Source: Clostridiales bacterium GWF2_38_85 (GTDB lineage: Bacteria; Bacillota; Clostridia; Oscillospirales; CAG-382). From it: 64,000 bases of DNA. Numbering within the stretch: the stretch's first letter is position 1; the number at the start of each line of letters is the position of its first letter. The DNA lies in contig MGOY01000008.1 in the NCBI GenBank assembly GCA_001797275.1, forward strand, positions 14,083-78,082. Direction: 5' to 3'. Position numbers and translations under genes: made by a program. Positions 29,828-37,953 of the stretch are shown piece by piece. The notes beneath the pieces are model-generated. The model was given only the letters and a program-made list of their open reading frames with translations. It was not told the DNA's origin and ran no database searches.

Positions 29828-30741
29828 TAATTTATCACTCCTGTGTACCATTTTGGAATAGGATTTTGCATATAATCGTAGAATTCTAATACTTCCTTTG
29901 ATTGATTTAGCATTGTTTCTATTTCTTTCCGGCCGAAAGGTATTGCCCAATATACTGATGAAAGAGTGTTTGATATAATATAAAATGCAAGCAATTTAAA
30001 AAAATCTTCTGGTACTTCATTATTAAAATAACCGTTTATTCTGCCGGAAGCGAAATATTTACTGCAATGAGCGCACCAAACAATACGATTGAATTCTTCC
30101 CAAGGGTCTCCGTAATCAAATCTGTTGAAATCAATTATAGATAAATTGTTATCTGATGAAATTATCATATTACCGACATGGTAATCTCCATGATTCAACG
30201 ACTGAGGACGATTTGCAAGCAAATGTCTGTTTTTTTCGATATAATCAAAGAAATAGTTATCACCGTCTATTTTTATACCGCATTCAAGGTATTTTTTAAT
30301 TTTATTATCTGTTTTTCTATTGAATCGTGTTTCCCAGTTTTCCTGAGTTGCAGGAGCCGGAATTGAATGAATTCTCTGAAGTATTTTCCCTGCTTCAACA
30401 CCAATCTCATATTGCTCTTTCGAAGACAGCTCGTGTAATATTGTTTCAGCATCCTCGCCCTCAATCCATGTTAGAAGCATATAACAATTTAACCCTTTGT
30501 TACAATAACCAAAGTCAATCGGCTGCGACATAGGTATCTCTGTTTCGGATATTGTTTTCAATACTTTGAATTCTGATTTTTTGCGGTCATAGTTTAATGC
30601 ATCAGACAATCGCAGCAGCAAACGTCGGTTATCATTGGTTTCAATATAGTATTTCTTATCCTCAGACCAACCTTTTTCAACCAGTATGACTTTTGAGAAT
30701 GAATTGTATTGAGGTATGTCAGAAATCAAATTAATCTCCAT
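29827..30741 (-). CDS. aminoglycoside phosphotransferase (APH)/choline-kinase-fold kinase
   Basis: Brenner motif NHGDYHVGNMII and IIDFNRFDYGDPWEEF. The true start may be the TTG 15 nt downstream of the ATG. Confidence 0.8.
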   Translation of the reverse strand: MEINLISDIPQYNSFSKVILVEKGWSEDKKYYIETNDNRRLLLRLSDALNYDRKKSEFKVLKTISETEIPMSQPIDFGYCNKGLNCYMLLTWIEGEDAETILHELSSKEQYEIGVEAGKILQRIHSIPAPATQENWETRFNRKTDNKIKKYLECGIKIDGDNYFFDYIEKNRHLLANRPQSLNHGDYHVGNMIISSDNNLSIIDFNRFDYGDPWEEFNRIVWCAHCSKYFASGRINGYFNNEVPEDFFKLLAFYIISNTLSSVYWAIPFGRKEIETMLNQSKEVLEFYDYMQNPIPKWYTGVIN

Positions 30742-30921
30742 TCTACCGCACAGCGGTTATAAAAATATAGCGTGAAATGTGTTACCTCACTATATTATAT
30801 AAAACTAACAAATGAATTAGGATATTATTGATTTTGAAAAAGCCGTACAGAAAAGGCTTTTTCAAAATCGCTAAGGTAATTCATTTATTAGTTTTATATA
30901 GTTAACTTAATTTTCACGCTA
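30742..30921 (-). promoter_or_regulatory. conserved leader unit, copy A (TAGCGTGAAAA box ... GC hairpin ... start), interrupted by a nested palindrome
   Basis: Homologous to 33241-33319 at about 80% identity outside the insertion. See findings. Confidence 0.6.
30796..30900. repeat. 105-nt AT-rich nested palindromic element, full copy 1
   Basis: Outer arms TATATAAAACTAACAAATGAATTA / TAATTCATTTATTAGTTTTATATA. Inner perfect 15-bp stem GATTTTGAAAAAGCC / GGCTTTTTCAAAATC. Confidence 0.85.
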
Positions 30922-31429
30922 CCTCCAAAAATTTCTTTATTTCTTTTCTTGTTTTCAGAATAATAATATTTTTTCCTTTTTGGTACTCAATCATTTTAAT
31001 GATATCCGGTCGACTTCTCTTAGGAAAATTGTATATCCATTTTAAAAACTCAAAATCTATCTTCTCTTTACAACCGCTACCCATATCCGGTCGAACTTTA
31101 CCGATATGTGTCAAGCATCGTTTTATCACACTGTAAAGGCAAATCCACCTCTTAATATCAAGAAAAATTATTGTATCAGCTTTTTCAGCTCTCAAATCCA
31201 TTGTGCCGCCGTAATTTCCATCGATTATCCATTCTTCGGCTTCTATTATTTTTGTTTGCACTTCTATCCACTCATCTCGTGGTGTTTGAATCCAATTATC
31301 TTTCCAGAACAGCTTGTCAAGATGAATAAGAGGCAAGCTTAATTTATTATGTAACTTTTTCGCAAATGTAGTTTTTCCGCTACCGGCACTACCTATAATC
31401 ATAATGCGTTTAGATTCTGATAAATCCAT
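30914..31429 (-). CDS. P-loop NTPase, adenylate-kinase-like (topology modulation protein family)
   Basis: Walker A IIGSAGSGKTT and about 170 aa, matching the FlaR/topology-modulation-type small kinase pattern. Confidence 0.7.
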   Translation of the reverse strand: MDLSESKRIMIIGSAGSGKTTFAKKLHNKLSLPLIHLDKLFWKDNWIQTPRDEWIEVQTKIIEAEEWIIDGNYGGTMDLRAEKADTIIFLDIKRWICLYSVIKRCLTHIGKVRPDMGSGCKEKIDFEFLKWIYNFPKRSRPDIIKMIEYQKGKNIIILKTRKEIKKFLEVA

Positions 31430-31450
31430 AACTACCTCTCATATACTGTT

Positions 31451-31966
31451 CTATTTACTGAACAAAAACTTCTCAAATGCTTTTCTTAATGGTATCAGTC
31501 TTGTGCCAACCGGCTCAGCAATCATACCGCTGTTTATCATCTCATCCAACTTACCAAGTGTTACCCATTGTGCGTCGACCGTTTCGCTCTCTTGCATAAC
31601 AAGCTCGCTTATTTCGACATCTTTTCTGATTATATATGTATCAATAAACGCTGTTTCTTCTTTCAATTCTCCAAGAAAATTCAGTTCGTTTTCTTCTGCT
31701 TTTATTCCTGTTTCTTCGAACAATTCTCTAACTGCTCCCTGTACGCTTGTTTCACCGGCAAGTATTGAGCCTGCTGAGTTTTCCCAAAGGTTTGGAAAGC
31801 ATTCCTTATTTGGATCGCGAAGTGTCAGCAGAATTTCTTGTTTGCTGTTGACCGTCCATATATCGACGACGATATGATAATCACCTCGTTTAATATGTTC
31901 GCCTCTTTTTTGCAATCTACCAAGCAGCTGTCTGTTACCGTCGTATAAATCCCAAAGCTCCATCAT
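31451..31966 (-). CDS. NUDIX hydrolase
   Basis: Nudix box GETSVQGAVRELFEETGI. Confidence 0.88.
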   Translation of the reverse strand: MMELWDLYDGNRQLLGRLQKRGEHIKRGDYHIVVDIWTVNSKQEILLTLRDPNKECFPNLWENSAGSILAGETSVQGAVRELFEETGIKAEENELNFLGELKEETAFIDTYIIRKDVEISELVMQESETVDAQWVTLGKLDEMINSGMIAEPVGTRLIPLRKAFEKFLFSK

Positions 31967-33240
31967 TTCAATCCTTCCAGTACATCAATAATTTCTGTCC
32001 AATTCTTTATATGCTGATGGTTATAATCAATAGTATCGGTGTATTTGTCACGATAATAGCATTCAATATTGCTGTCATACCACACAGGAAACATACCGGC
32101 TGAGTTTGCTCCTGCGATATCATAATAGACATTATCACCGCAAAACCAAATTTCTTCGGGTTTCAGATTTGCTTTTTTTATTGCAAGCTCAAATATCATA
32201 GGATCGGGTTTTCGCACAATATATTCACTTGATGCTATTATAAATTCGAATTTATTATTAGGAAAATTTTTGTTTATACGTTCTGCGAGAGAATCACCTG
32301 AGAATGAAATATTGCTTATAACACCGCTTCTGATTTTATTTTCATTTATGTAACTGATAACTTTATCTATATCAGACATTTTTTCACCGGGCGCAGCGTT
32401 ATCCCAGAATATCTGCTCTATCTCATCAGGCTCAAGTGGAATGTCAATTTCAAGATACTCGTAAAGCATGCGTTGAAATTTGTGATTGTGGAATTCCAAA
32501 GCATTTGTTCTTGCAATTGGCCTGAGCTTTGAAAAGAAATTTGCGGAAAACTCACTGTCTTGAATGGGTGTCAGATTGTTTTTATTATACACCGCATACT
32601 TCATTACAGCTTCGGTTCCCTTAACACCATTAAATCCGAGTTCGCACATCAGAGTATGACCATAATCAAATATAATCATCTTTGGATAAGTCATTTTAAG
32701 TTTGCTCTTTTCTTTTTCAGCTTTTCTCAATATATCTTCAAGAAAATCGTGTTTTCCTTCAATGTACAAGTCAATATCATGTCGATACTTTTCGGCAAGC
32801 TGTATTTTTAATTTGCCGTATTCATCTGCTGCTGTTTTATATTTACGCAGATAATCCCTGAATACAATATGTCTTGCAAGCTCACGGCTATTTTTCGGGC
32901 ATACATACATATGATAATCCATAAATTCATTCTTGAAGTTTCTCTTAAATGCTTCGCGTGCCTTAATTCCGAGATCACCTTCATGACTATATCCGAGTGC
33001 TTCAAGTCGATTGACGAGTTCGGGGAATATGTCATATGATTCAATTATGATATTGAAATCGATAATTGGCTTTGCTGATAATCCCTCAACCGATGTGCTG
33101 CCAACATGCTCAATCCCAATGATGATATCTGAGATGTGAGGCATTAACATATCTTTTATCTTCTCAAATTCGTTTTTCCATTCGGGGTTATAGGGTTCGA
33201 CAATAATTGTGCGGTTTGGATTATACATATTAATTTCCAT
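31963..33240 (-). CDS. GrpB (UPF0157, nucleotidyltransferase-fold) - HAD-like hydrolase fusion protein
   Basis: N-terminal half: IIVEPYNPEW...IEHVGSTSVEGLSAKPIIDFNI...HMYVC (GrpB). C-terminal half: IIFDYGHTL...SNISFSG...FCGDNVYYDIAGANSAG (HAD motifs I-IV, with the second Asp of motif I replaced). Confidence 0.75.
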   Translation of the reverse strand: MEINMYNPNRTIIVEPYNPEWKNEFEKIKDMLMPHISDIIIGIEHVGSTSVEGLSAKPIIDFNIIIESYDIFPELVNRLEALGYSHEGDLGIKAREAFKRNFKNEFMDYHMYVCPKNSRELARHIVFRDYLRKYKTAADEYGKLKIQLAEKYRHDIDLYIEGKHDFLEDILRKAEKEKSKLKMTYPKMIIFDYGHTLMCELGFNGVKGTEAVMKYAVYNKNNLTPIQDSEFSANFFSKLRPIARTNALEFHNHKFQRMLYEYLEIDIPLEPDEIEQIFWDNAAPGEKMSDIDKVISYINENKIRSGVISNISFSGDSLAERINKNFPNNKFEFIIASSEYIVRKPDPMIFELAIKKANLKPEEIWFCGDNVYYDIAGANSAGMFPVWYDSNIECYYRDKYTDTIDYNHQHIKNWTEIIDVLEGLK

Positions 33241-33319
33241 TCTGCCGCGTAGCGGCTGTATAAAATATAAGGTGAAATAAATTACCTTCCATCATTTGTT
33301 AAGTTAATTTTCACGCTAT
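33241..33319 (-). promoter_or_regulatory. conserved leader unit, copy B (compact)
   Basis: Minus-strand sequence TAGCGTGAAAATTAACTTAAC...GGTAATTTATTTCACCTTATATTTTATACAGCCGCTACGCGGCAGAATGGAAATTAAT. Confidence 0.6.
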
Positions 33320-34069
33320 CTGTCTCCTTTTATAAATGTCTCCGCTTTCGACAGAATATCCTTATATTTTTCATGTATAAGCAGGTTGCAAGTTGTTTCT
33401 CTATCTGTCCAGATATATTCTTTGATTTCCGAATTTGGTGTTATAACTGTGTTTGACACCTCAGACAAAAATAAAATTACCTGTTTTTGGCGAAGCGGAT
33501 TAATATTGTAAACTATTTCTTCACGAAAATCAAGTACTAATTTTACATTTATTCCTATTTCTTCTCGAACTTCGCGAATTGCTGTATCAGATTCAATTTC
33601 AAAAACTTCCGAATGTCCTTTAGGAAAGCTCCAGGTTCTTGATTTTTGTTGAAACAATAATAAATATTCGATATTGAAATTTGTTTTGCTTTTTTCGATA
33701 AATAATTACCCCACAGGATTTCTTATAAAGAGCATGTATTGTTGTTTTGAAATATAACTCTTGAAAATTAACCGCTTCGGCAACCTCTGCTTGATTTAGC
33801 TTCACATTTTCGGGAGCGACAACCCATTTATCTTCAACATCATCTTCTCTTTTAATTACAGCAATAATTCTTCCTGTGAACTGCTTGACAGGATGGTCAA
33901 CACCGAGAAGGTACGCATCCTGTTCCTCGCCATCGGGTGCAATAACACCTTCTATGTAGCCGTAATTCACTGGATAAATGATATTTTTATATTCAGGATG
34001 TGTGCTTCCAAGCGGTCTGTCTACTGTAACTATTTGATTTAATATATCATCATACATATCTATGACCAT
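33316..34069 (-). pseudogene. inorganic-pyrophosphatase-like domain - NUDIX fusion gene, interrupted by a 1-nt frameshift
   Basis: ORF 33620-34108 (VDRPLGSTHPE...YPVNYGYI...DGEEQDAYLLG...EDKWVV...SCGVIIYRKKQNKFQY) and ORF 33316-33657 (WSFPKGHSE...AIREVREEIGI). They join into one NUDIX domain if one base near 33668-33675 is removed (..KFQ-EYLLLFQQKSRTWSFPKGH). Confidence 0.7.
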
Positions 34070-34089
34070 TCCTTTTTTTATATATAAAC

Positions 34090-34118
34090 ATAATAACATA
34101 GTTTTCATGTTTATTCAA
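34090..34118 (-). promoter_or_regulatory. sigma-A-type promoter at the head of the phosphoesterase island
   Basis: Minus-strand TTGAAT (34118-34113), 17 nt, then TG-n-TATTAT (34095-34090). Confidence 0.55.
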
Positions 34119-34128
34119 TAAATGCATT

Positions 34129-34155
34129 ATAAAACTCATCCGAAATTCGGATGAG
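34129..34155 (-). terminator. intrinsic terminator after the 50-aa ORF
   Basis: Minus-strand CTCATCCGA-ATT-TCGGATGAG followed by TTTTAT. Confidence 0.8.
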
Positions 34156-34165
34156 CTGCCAAGAT

Positions 34166-34318
34166 TTACATCGGTTTCGCTTTTTTATGTCCCTTTTTCG
34201 CCTTGCCCTTAATCTCCGGGACCGGGGTTACATCATTCTTTTCGATGTTCATTCTTTCCCAGTTCTCTGTTCCATGTGGTTGCTTTGGATCCGGTCTTCT
34301 CATACCCGCTTTCGCCAT
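34166..34318 (-). CDS. small basic protein, 50 aa (hypothetical; hand-called, below the ORF-track cutoff)
   Basis: MAKAGMRRPDPKQPHGTENWERMNIEKNDVTPVPEIKGKAKKGHKKAKPM. The ATG abuts the upstream stop (TAAATG) with GAAGGAG 10 nt upstream, and a terminator follows. Confidence 0.55.
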   Translation of the reverse strand: MAKAGMRRPDPKQPHGTENWERMNIEKNDVTPVPEIKGKAKKGHKKAKPM

Positions 34319-34747
34319 TTACAAATACTCCTTCAGTTTTTGAATATTATTTTCTTCAAATTTCAACAGCTTATCCATTAATTTTCTTATATCGACTTCG
34401 GTGTCTTTATATTTCTTCAGATTTTTTATTGCATCGATAACGCCCATATTGCTGCCAATGATAAGCATTTCAGTGATATGTGAAGATGACTTGTCTGTCA
34501 TTGTCTGCAGGTTTATCATCAGATAAGTCTTGATTTTCTCAAGAGCTGATAAACCTTTTTCATCATATCCAGCTTTATTTAACAATCCTTTTGCTTCAAT
34601 ATGAATTTTTTCATATTCGTTATATTGATTTTGAAGCTGTTTCTTAAATGTTATATCTGACGATATTCCTATTAATTGATTTAAAGTATCAACACCCATT
34701 TGCGAATTCTGATATATAAAATTTAATAGTTCCGCATTTTCGTTCAT
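34319..34747 (-). CDS. hypothetical helical protein
   Basis: Start chosen at MNENAELLNF after GGGGAGAG (the ORF extends to 34807). No family recognised with confidence. Confidence 0.55.
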   Translation of the reverse strand: MNENAELLNFIYQNSQMGVDTLNQLIGISSDITFKKQLQNQYNEYEKIHIEAKGLLNKAGYDEKGLSALEKIKTYLMINLQTMTDKSSSHITEMLIIGSNMGVIDAIKNLKKYKDTEVDIRKLMDKLLKFEENNIQKLKEYL

Positions 34748-34944
34748 GTTTTCACTCTCCCCAGGATTATTATGTGTAAAAAATAAAGTGTCATTCTGAC
34801 TTAACAATGATAAGTGAAGATTCTTATAATAAGTTGAATTGTTAAAGCGGTTATATTTGATTTGAATAGACGAATTTGTATTGTTACTGGTAGTATTGGT
34901 ATATCATAATTATAACGGTTAAGGATTAAAAAATAGATATATTG

Positions 34945-34975
34945 AAAGCAGCTGTGAAAATTCACAGCTGCTTTA
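34945..34975 (-). terminator. terminator of the alpha operon (after rplQ)
   Basis: AGCAGCTGTGAA-AA-TTCACAGCTGCT, 12-bp stem, followed by a T-rich tract on the minus strand. Confidence 0.75.
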
Positions 34976-34989
34976 TTGAGGTTAATGTA

Positions 34990-35454
34990 TTATGCTTCTA
35001 AAGCGTCGGCTTCAACCTTTTTGGTTTTCTTGCTAGCTTTTTTATCAGTTTTGATTTCTTTCTGATCGTTCTTAGCTTTAATCTCATCTCTGGTTGCATA
35101 AACTTTTTCAGCATCAACCATCTGGATTATTGCCATTTCGGCGCCATCACCTCTGCGGGGACCGATTTTAAGAACTCTTGTATATCCGCCGTTTCTTGAA
35201 TCATAAATCGGAGCTATCTGGGAGAACAATTTCCTCACAACATCTTCTTTTGTGATGAACGCCAATGCCTGACGTCTTGCTGCAAGATTGTTTGTTTTTC
35301 CGAAAGTAACTAATTTATCTGCAAGTGCGCTAACTTCTTTCGCACGGGTTACTGTTGTTTCAATTTGTCCCTTTTCGAGCAGCAATGTCACAAGGCCTTT
35401 AAGCATGGCGATTCTGTGATCAGTTGTTCTGCCCAATTTTCTTGTTCCGGGCAT
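34990..35454 (-). CDS. rplQ: 50S ribosomal protein L17 (with a Lys-rich C-terminal extension)
   Basis: N-terminus [20 protein letters not shown]. 154 aa, against about 115-120 for typical L17. Confidence 0.95.
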   Translation of the reverse strand: MPGTRKLGRTTDHRIAMLKGLVTLLLEKGQIETTVTRAKEVSALADKLVTFGKTNNLAARRQALAFITKEDVVRKLFSQIAPIYDSRNGGYTRVLKIGPRRGDGAEMAIIQMVDAEKVYATRDEIKAKNDQKEIKTDKKASKKTKKVEADALEA

Positions 35455-35483
35455 GATTTTTCCTCCTTATAGATTATTTGCTG

Positions 35484-36434
35484 TTACTCCTCACTCGGTT
35501 TAAGTGAAAGCCCTAAGGAATTCAGCTTTTGGATTACTTCCTCAAGCGATTTCTTGCCAAGGTTACGAACCTTAATCATATCTTCTTCGTTTTTGTTTAT
35601 TAAGTCTTCGACTGTATCGATTCCAGCTCTTTTCAAGCAGTTGAACGAACGCACTGACATATCGAGTTCTTCAATTGTCATTTCAAGAACTTTTTCCTTA
35701 ATGGTTTCTTCTCTATCTACCATTATTTCAGTGTTCTTTGCTTCGTCTGAAAGCTCAACAAACAAATTAAGGTGCTCGCTTAAAATTTTGGCAGCAAAAG
35801 AAACAGCTTCTTTTGCATTTATTGTACCATTAGTGGTAACATCAAGTGTTAATTTATCGAAATCGGTTATATTCCCAACACGGGTATTCTCGACTACATA
35901 GTTTGCTGCATATACCGGTGTGAAAATAGAGTCTGTATAGATTGTTCCAATTGCTGACATAGCTGCTTGTTTATTCTTTTCGGATGAAACATAACCACGA
36001 CCTCTGTCGAAAGTTATCTCCATATAGAAAGTGTAGCCTTCTTCAACAGTTGCGATAGGATGATCCGAATTCAGAATTTCAATATCACTGTCACATTGAA
36101 TATCATTTGCTGTAACTTCACAGCCACCACGAACATCGATTATAACAGTTTTAGGACCAGTAGTATGAAGCTTTGCAACAATTCCCTTGATATTCATAAC
36201 TATCTGAGTAACGTCTTCTTTAACACCTTTAACTGTTGATATTTCGTGTAATACACCATCTATTTTTATGCTTGTTGCAGCAACTCCCGGTAATGAGCTG
36301 AGCAGTATGCGTCTTAATGAATTTCCCAAGGTTATTCCGTATCCACGCTCTAACGGCTCTATAATAAACTTGCCGTATCGGCCGTCTTCACTCATATCGA
36401 CGGTTGCAATGTTCGGTCTTTCTATCTCGATCAT
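35484..36434 (-). CDS. rpoA: DNA-directed RNA polymerase subunit alpha
   Basis: MIEIERPNI...[25 protein letters not shown] with a C-terminal CTD. Start trimmed from the ORF maximum of 36506. Confidence 0.96.
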   Translation of the reverse strand: MIEIERPNIATVDMSEDGRYGKFIIEPLERGYGITLGNSLRRILLSSLPGVAATSIKIDGVLHEISTVKGVKEDVTQIVMNIKGIVAKLHTTGPKTVIIDVRGGCEVTANDIQCDSDIEILNSDHPIATVEEGYTFYMEITFDRGRGYVSSEKNKQAAMSAIGTIYTDSIFTPVYAANYVVENTRVGNITDFDKLTLDVTTNGTINAKEAVSFAAKILSEHLNLFVELSDEAKNTEIMVDREETIKEKVLEMTIEELDMSVRSFNCLKRAGIDTVEDLINKNEEDMIKVRNLGKKSLEEVIQKLNSLGLSLKPSEE

Positions 36435-36483
36435 AACCTGCATTCCTTTCTGGCACAACAGTGCCAATTCATCAAGAATCTGA

Positions 36484-37116
36484 TTATTTTGAATACAACT
36501 CGACAATCAGATGTTCCTCGAACGGGAATTCTACATCTTCTCTTAACGGAAGAGCAATAACCTTGACTATAATAGCTTCTTTATCAACTTCAAGCCATTT
36601 CGGTATTGTTCTGCCCGCGATATCTTCGATAAGCATTTTAAACTTTTCAGATTTACGGCTGTTTTCTTTCAAAGAAATAACATCACCGACCTTAACGATA
36701 AGTGAAGGAATGTTAACATTCTTCCCGTTAAGTCTGAAATGACCGTGGAGTACAAACTGACGTGCTTCCTTGCGACTGTCAGCAATACCCATGCGGTATA
36801 TAACATTGTCAAGTCTACGCTCGATCAATGTAAGCAGATTTTCACCTGTTTGTCCTTCTTTTTTATCTGCTGCTACAAAATAATTTTTAAACTGCTTTTC
36901 TAAGATACCATAATATCTTTTAGCTTTTTGTTTCTCACGTAGCTGCATTCCGTACTCTTTAACACGCTTTCTGCCGGAGCCGGAGCCGTGTTGACCGGGA
37001 ACGCTTCCACGTCTTGTATACGGACATTTATCACCAAAGCATCTTTCGCCCTTTAAAAACAGCTTTGTGCCTTCTCTGCGACATAATCTGCATGAAGGTC
37101 CTGTATATCTTGCCAT
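36484..37116 (-). CDS. rpsD: 30S ribosomal protein S4
   Basis: N-terminus [26 protein letters not shown]. Confidence 0.97.
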   Translation of the reverse strand: MARYTGPSCRLCRREGTKLFLKGERCFGDKCPYTRRGSVPGQHGSGSGRKRVKEYGMQLREKQKAKRYYGILEKQFKNYFVAADKKEGQTGENLLTLIERRLDNVIYRMGIADSRKEARQFVLHGHFRLNGKNVNIPSLIVKVGDVISLKENSRKSEKFKMLIEDIAGRTIPKWLEVDKEAIIVKVIALPLREDVEFPFEEHLIVELYSK

Positions 37117-37146
37117 TTAATTTTTTTCCTCCTTTTTAAATAATTA

Positions 37147-37551
37147 TTATACGCGTCTTCTCTTGGGCGGTCTGCAGCCATTATGTGGTATTGGAGTAAC
37201 ATCTTTGATCATTGTTATCTCAAGACCTGCTACCTGAAGTGCTCTGATTGCAGCTTCTCTTCCCTGACCGGGACCTTTTACGAAAACTTCAATATACTTT
37301 AATCCATGCTCCATAGCTGCTTTAGCTGCTGCTTCAGCTGCCATCTGAGCTGCATATGGTGTAGATTTACGGGAACCTCTGTATCCAAGCTCACCGGCTG
37401 ATGCCCATGAAAGTGCATTGCCTTTAACATCGGTTAAGGTTACGATCGTATTATTATATGTGGAACGGATATGTGCTGAACCGCGTTCAACATTTTTACG
37501 TTCACGACGCTTTCTTGTAACAACTTTCTTGTTTGTTGTTGTACTTGCCAT
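37147..37551 (-). CDS. rpsK: 30S ribosomal protein S11
   Basis: [26 protein letters not shown]...CRPPKRRRV. Confidence 0.97.
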   Translation of the reverse strand: MASTTTNKKVVTRKRRERKNVERGSAHIRSTYNNTIVTLTDVKGNALSWASAGELGYRGSRKSTPYAAQMAAEAAAKAAMEHGLKYIEVFVKGPGQGREAAIRALQVAGLEITMIKDVTPIPHNGCRPPKRRRV

Positions 37552-37569
37552 TAAATTCAACTACCTCCT

Positions 37570-37938
37570 TTACTTTTTCTTGTTTGCGATAGTCTTCGCA
37601 GGACCTTTTCTGGTTCTAGCGTTGGTTTTTGTTCTCTGCCCTCTGACCGGAAGACCTTTTCTATGTCTTATTCCGCGATAGCATTCAATTTCGACCATTC
37701 TCTTGATATCGAGACTTATATTTCTACGTAAGTCGCCTTCAACTTGATAATCATTCTCGATAACTTCACGCAATTTCGCAACGTCATCCTCTGTGAGGTT
37801 CTTAACTCTTGTATCGGGATTTATGCCTGTTTTAAATAATATTTCGTTAGCACGGCTTCTACCGATACCGAAAATATAAGTAAGGCCAATCTCAACACGT
37901 TTTTCGTTTGGAATGTCAACACCTGATATACGCGCCAT
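37570..37938 (-). CDS. rpsM: 30S ribosomal protein S13
   Basis: N-terminus [26 protein letters not shown]. Confidence 0.97.
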   Translation of the reverse strand: MARISGVDIPNEKRVEIGLTYIFGIGRSRANEILFKTGINPDTRVKNLTEDDVAKLREVIENDYQVEGDLRRNISLDIKRMVEIECYRGIRHRKGLPVRGQRTKTNARTRKGPAKTIANKKK

Positions 37939-37953
37939 TGTTACACCTCATTT

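Noticed and set aside
30727-30741. ATGGAGATTAAT(N)TG as a specific signature of the repeated leaders
   Set aside because: The pattern ATGGAG-N6/7-ATG also occurs at frr (6294-6306), the AraC gene and the rSAM gene. It is simply a GGAG Shine-Dalgarno preceded by a fortuitous ATG, so only the extended similarity between copies A and B is meaningful.
30901-30921. Integron attC-like reading of the leader units (ACTTAAC fits RYYYAAC, and GTTAAGT fits GTTRRRY, at 33296-33302)
   Set aside because: Only one of the two copies fits the core consensus. There is no integrase, no attI, and the blocks contain several coupled genes rather than single promoterless cassettes.
34151-34381. 76-aa plus-strand ORF
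   Set aside because: The opposite strand carries a better-supported 50-aa ORF with an SD, stop-start coupling and a terminator. The plus-strand ORF also overlaps the 3' end of the 34319-34747 gene.
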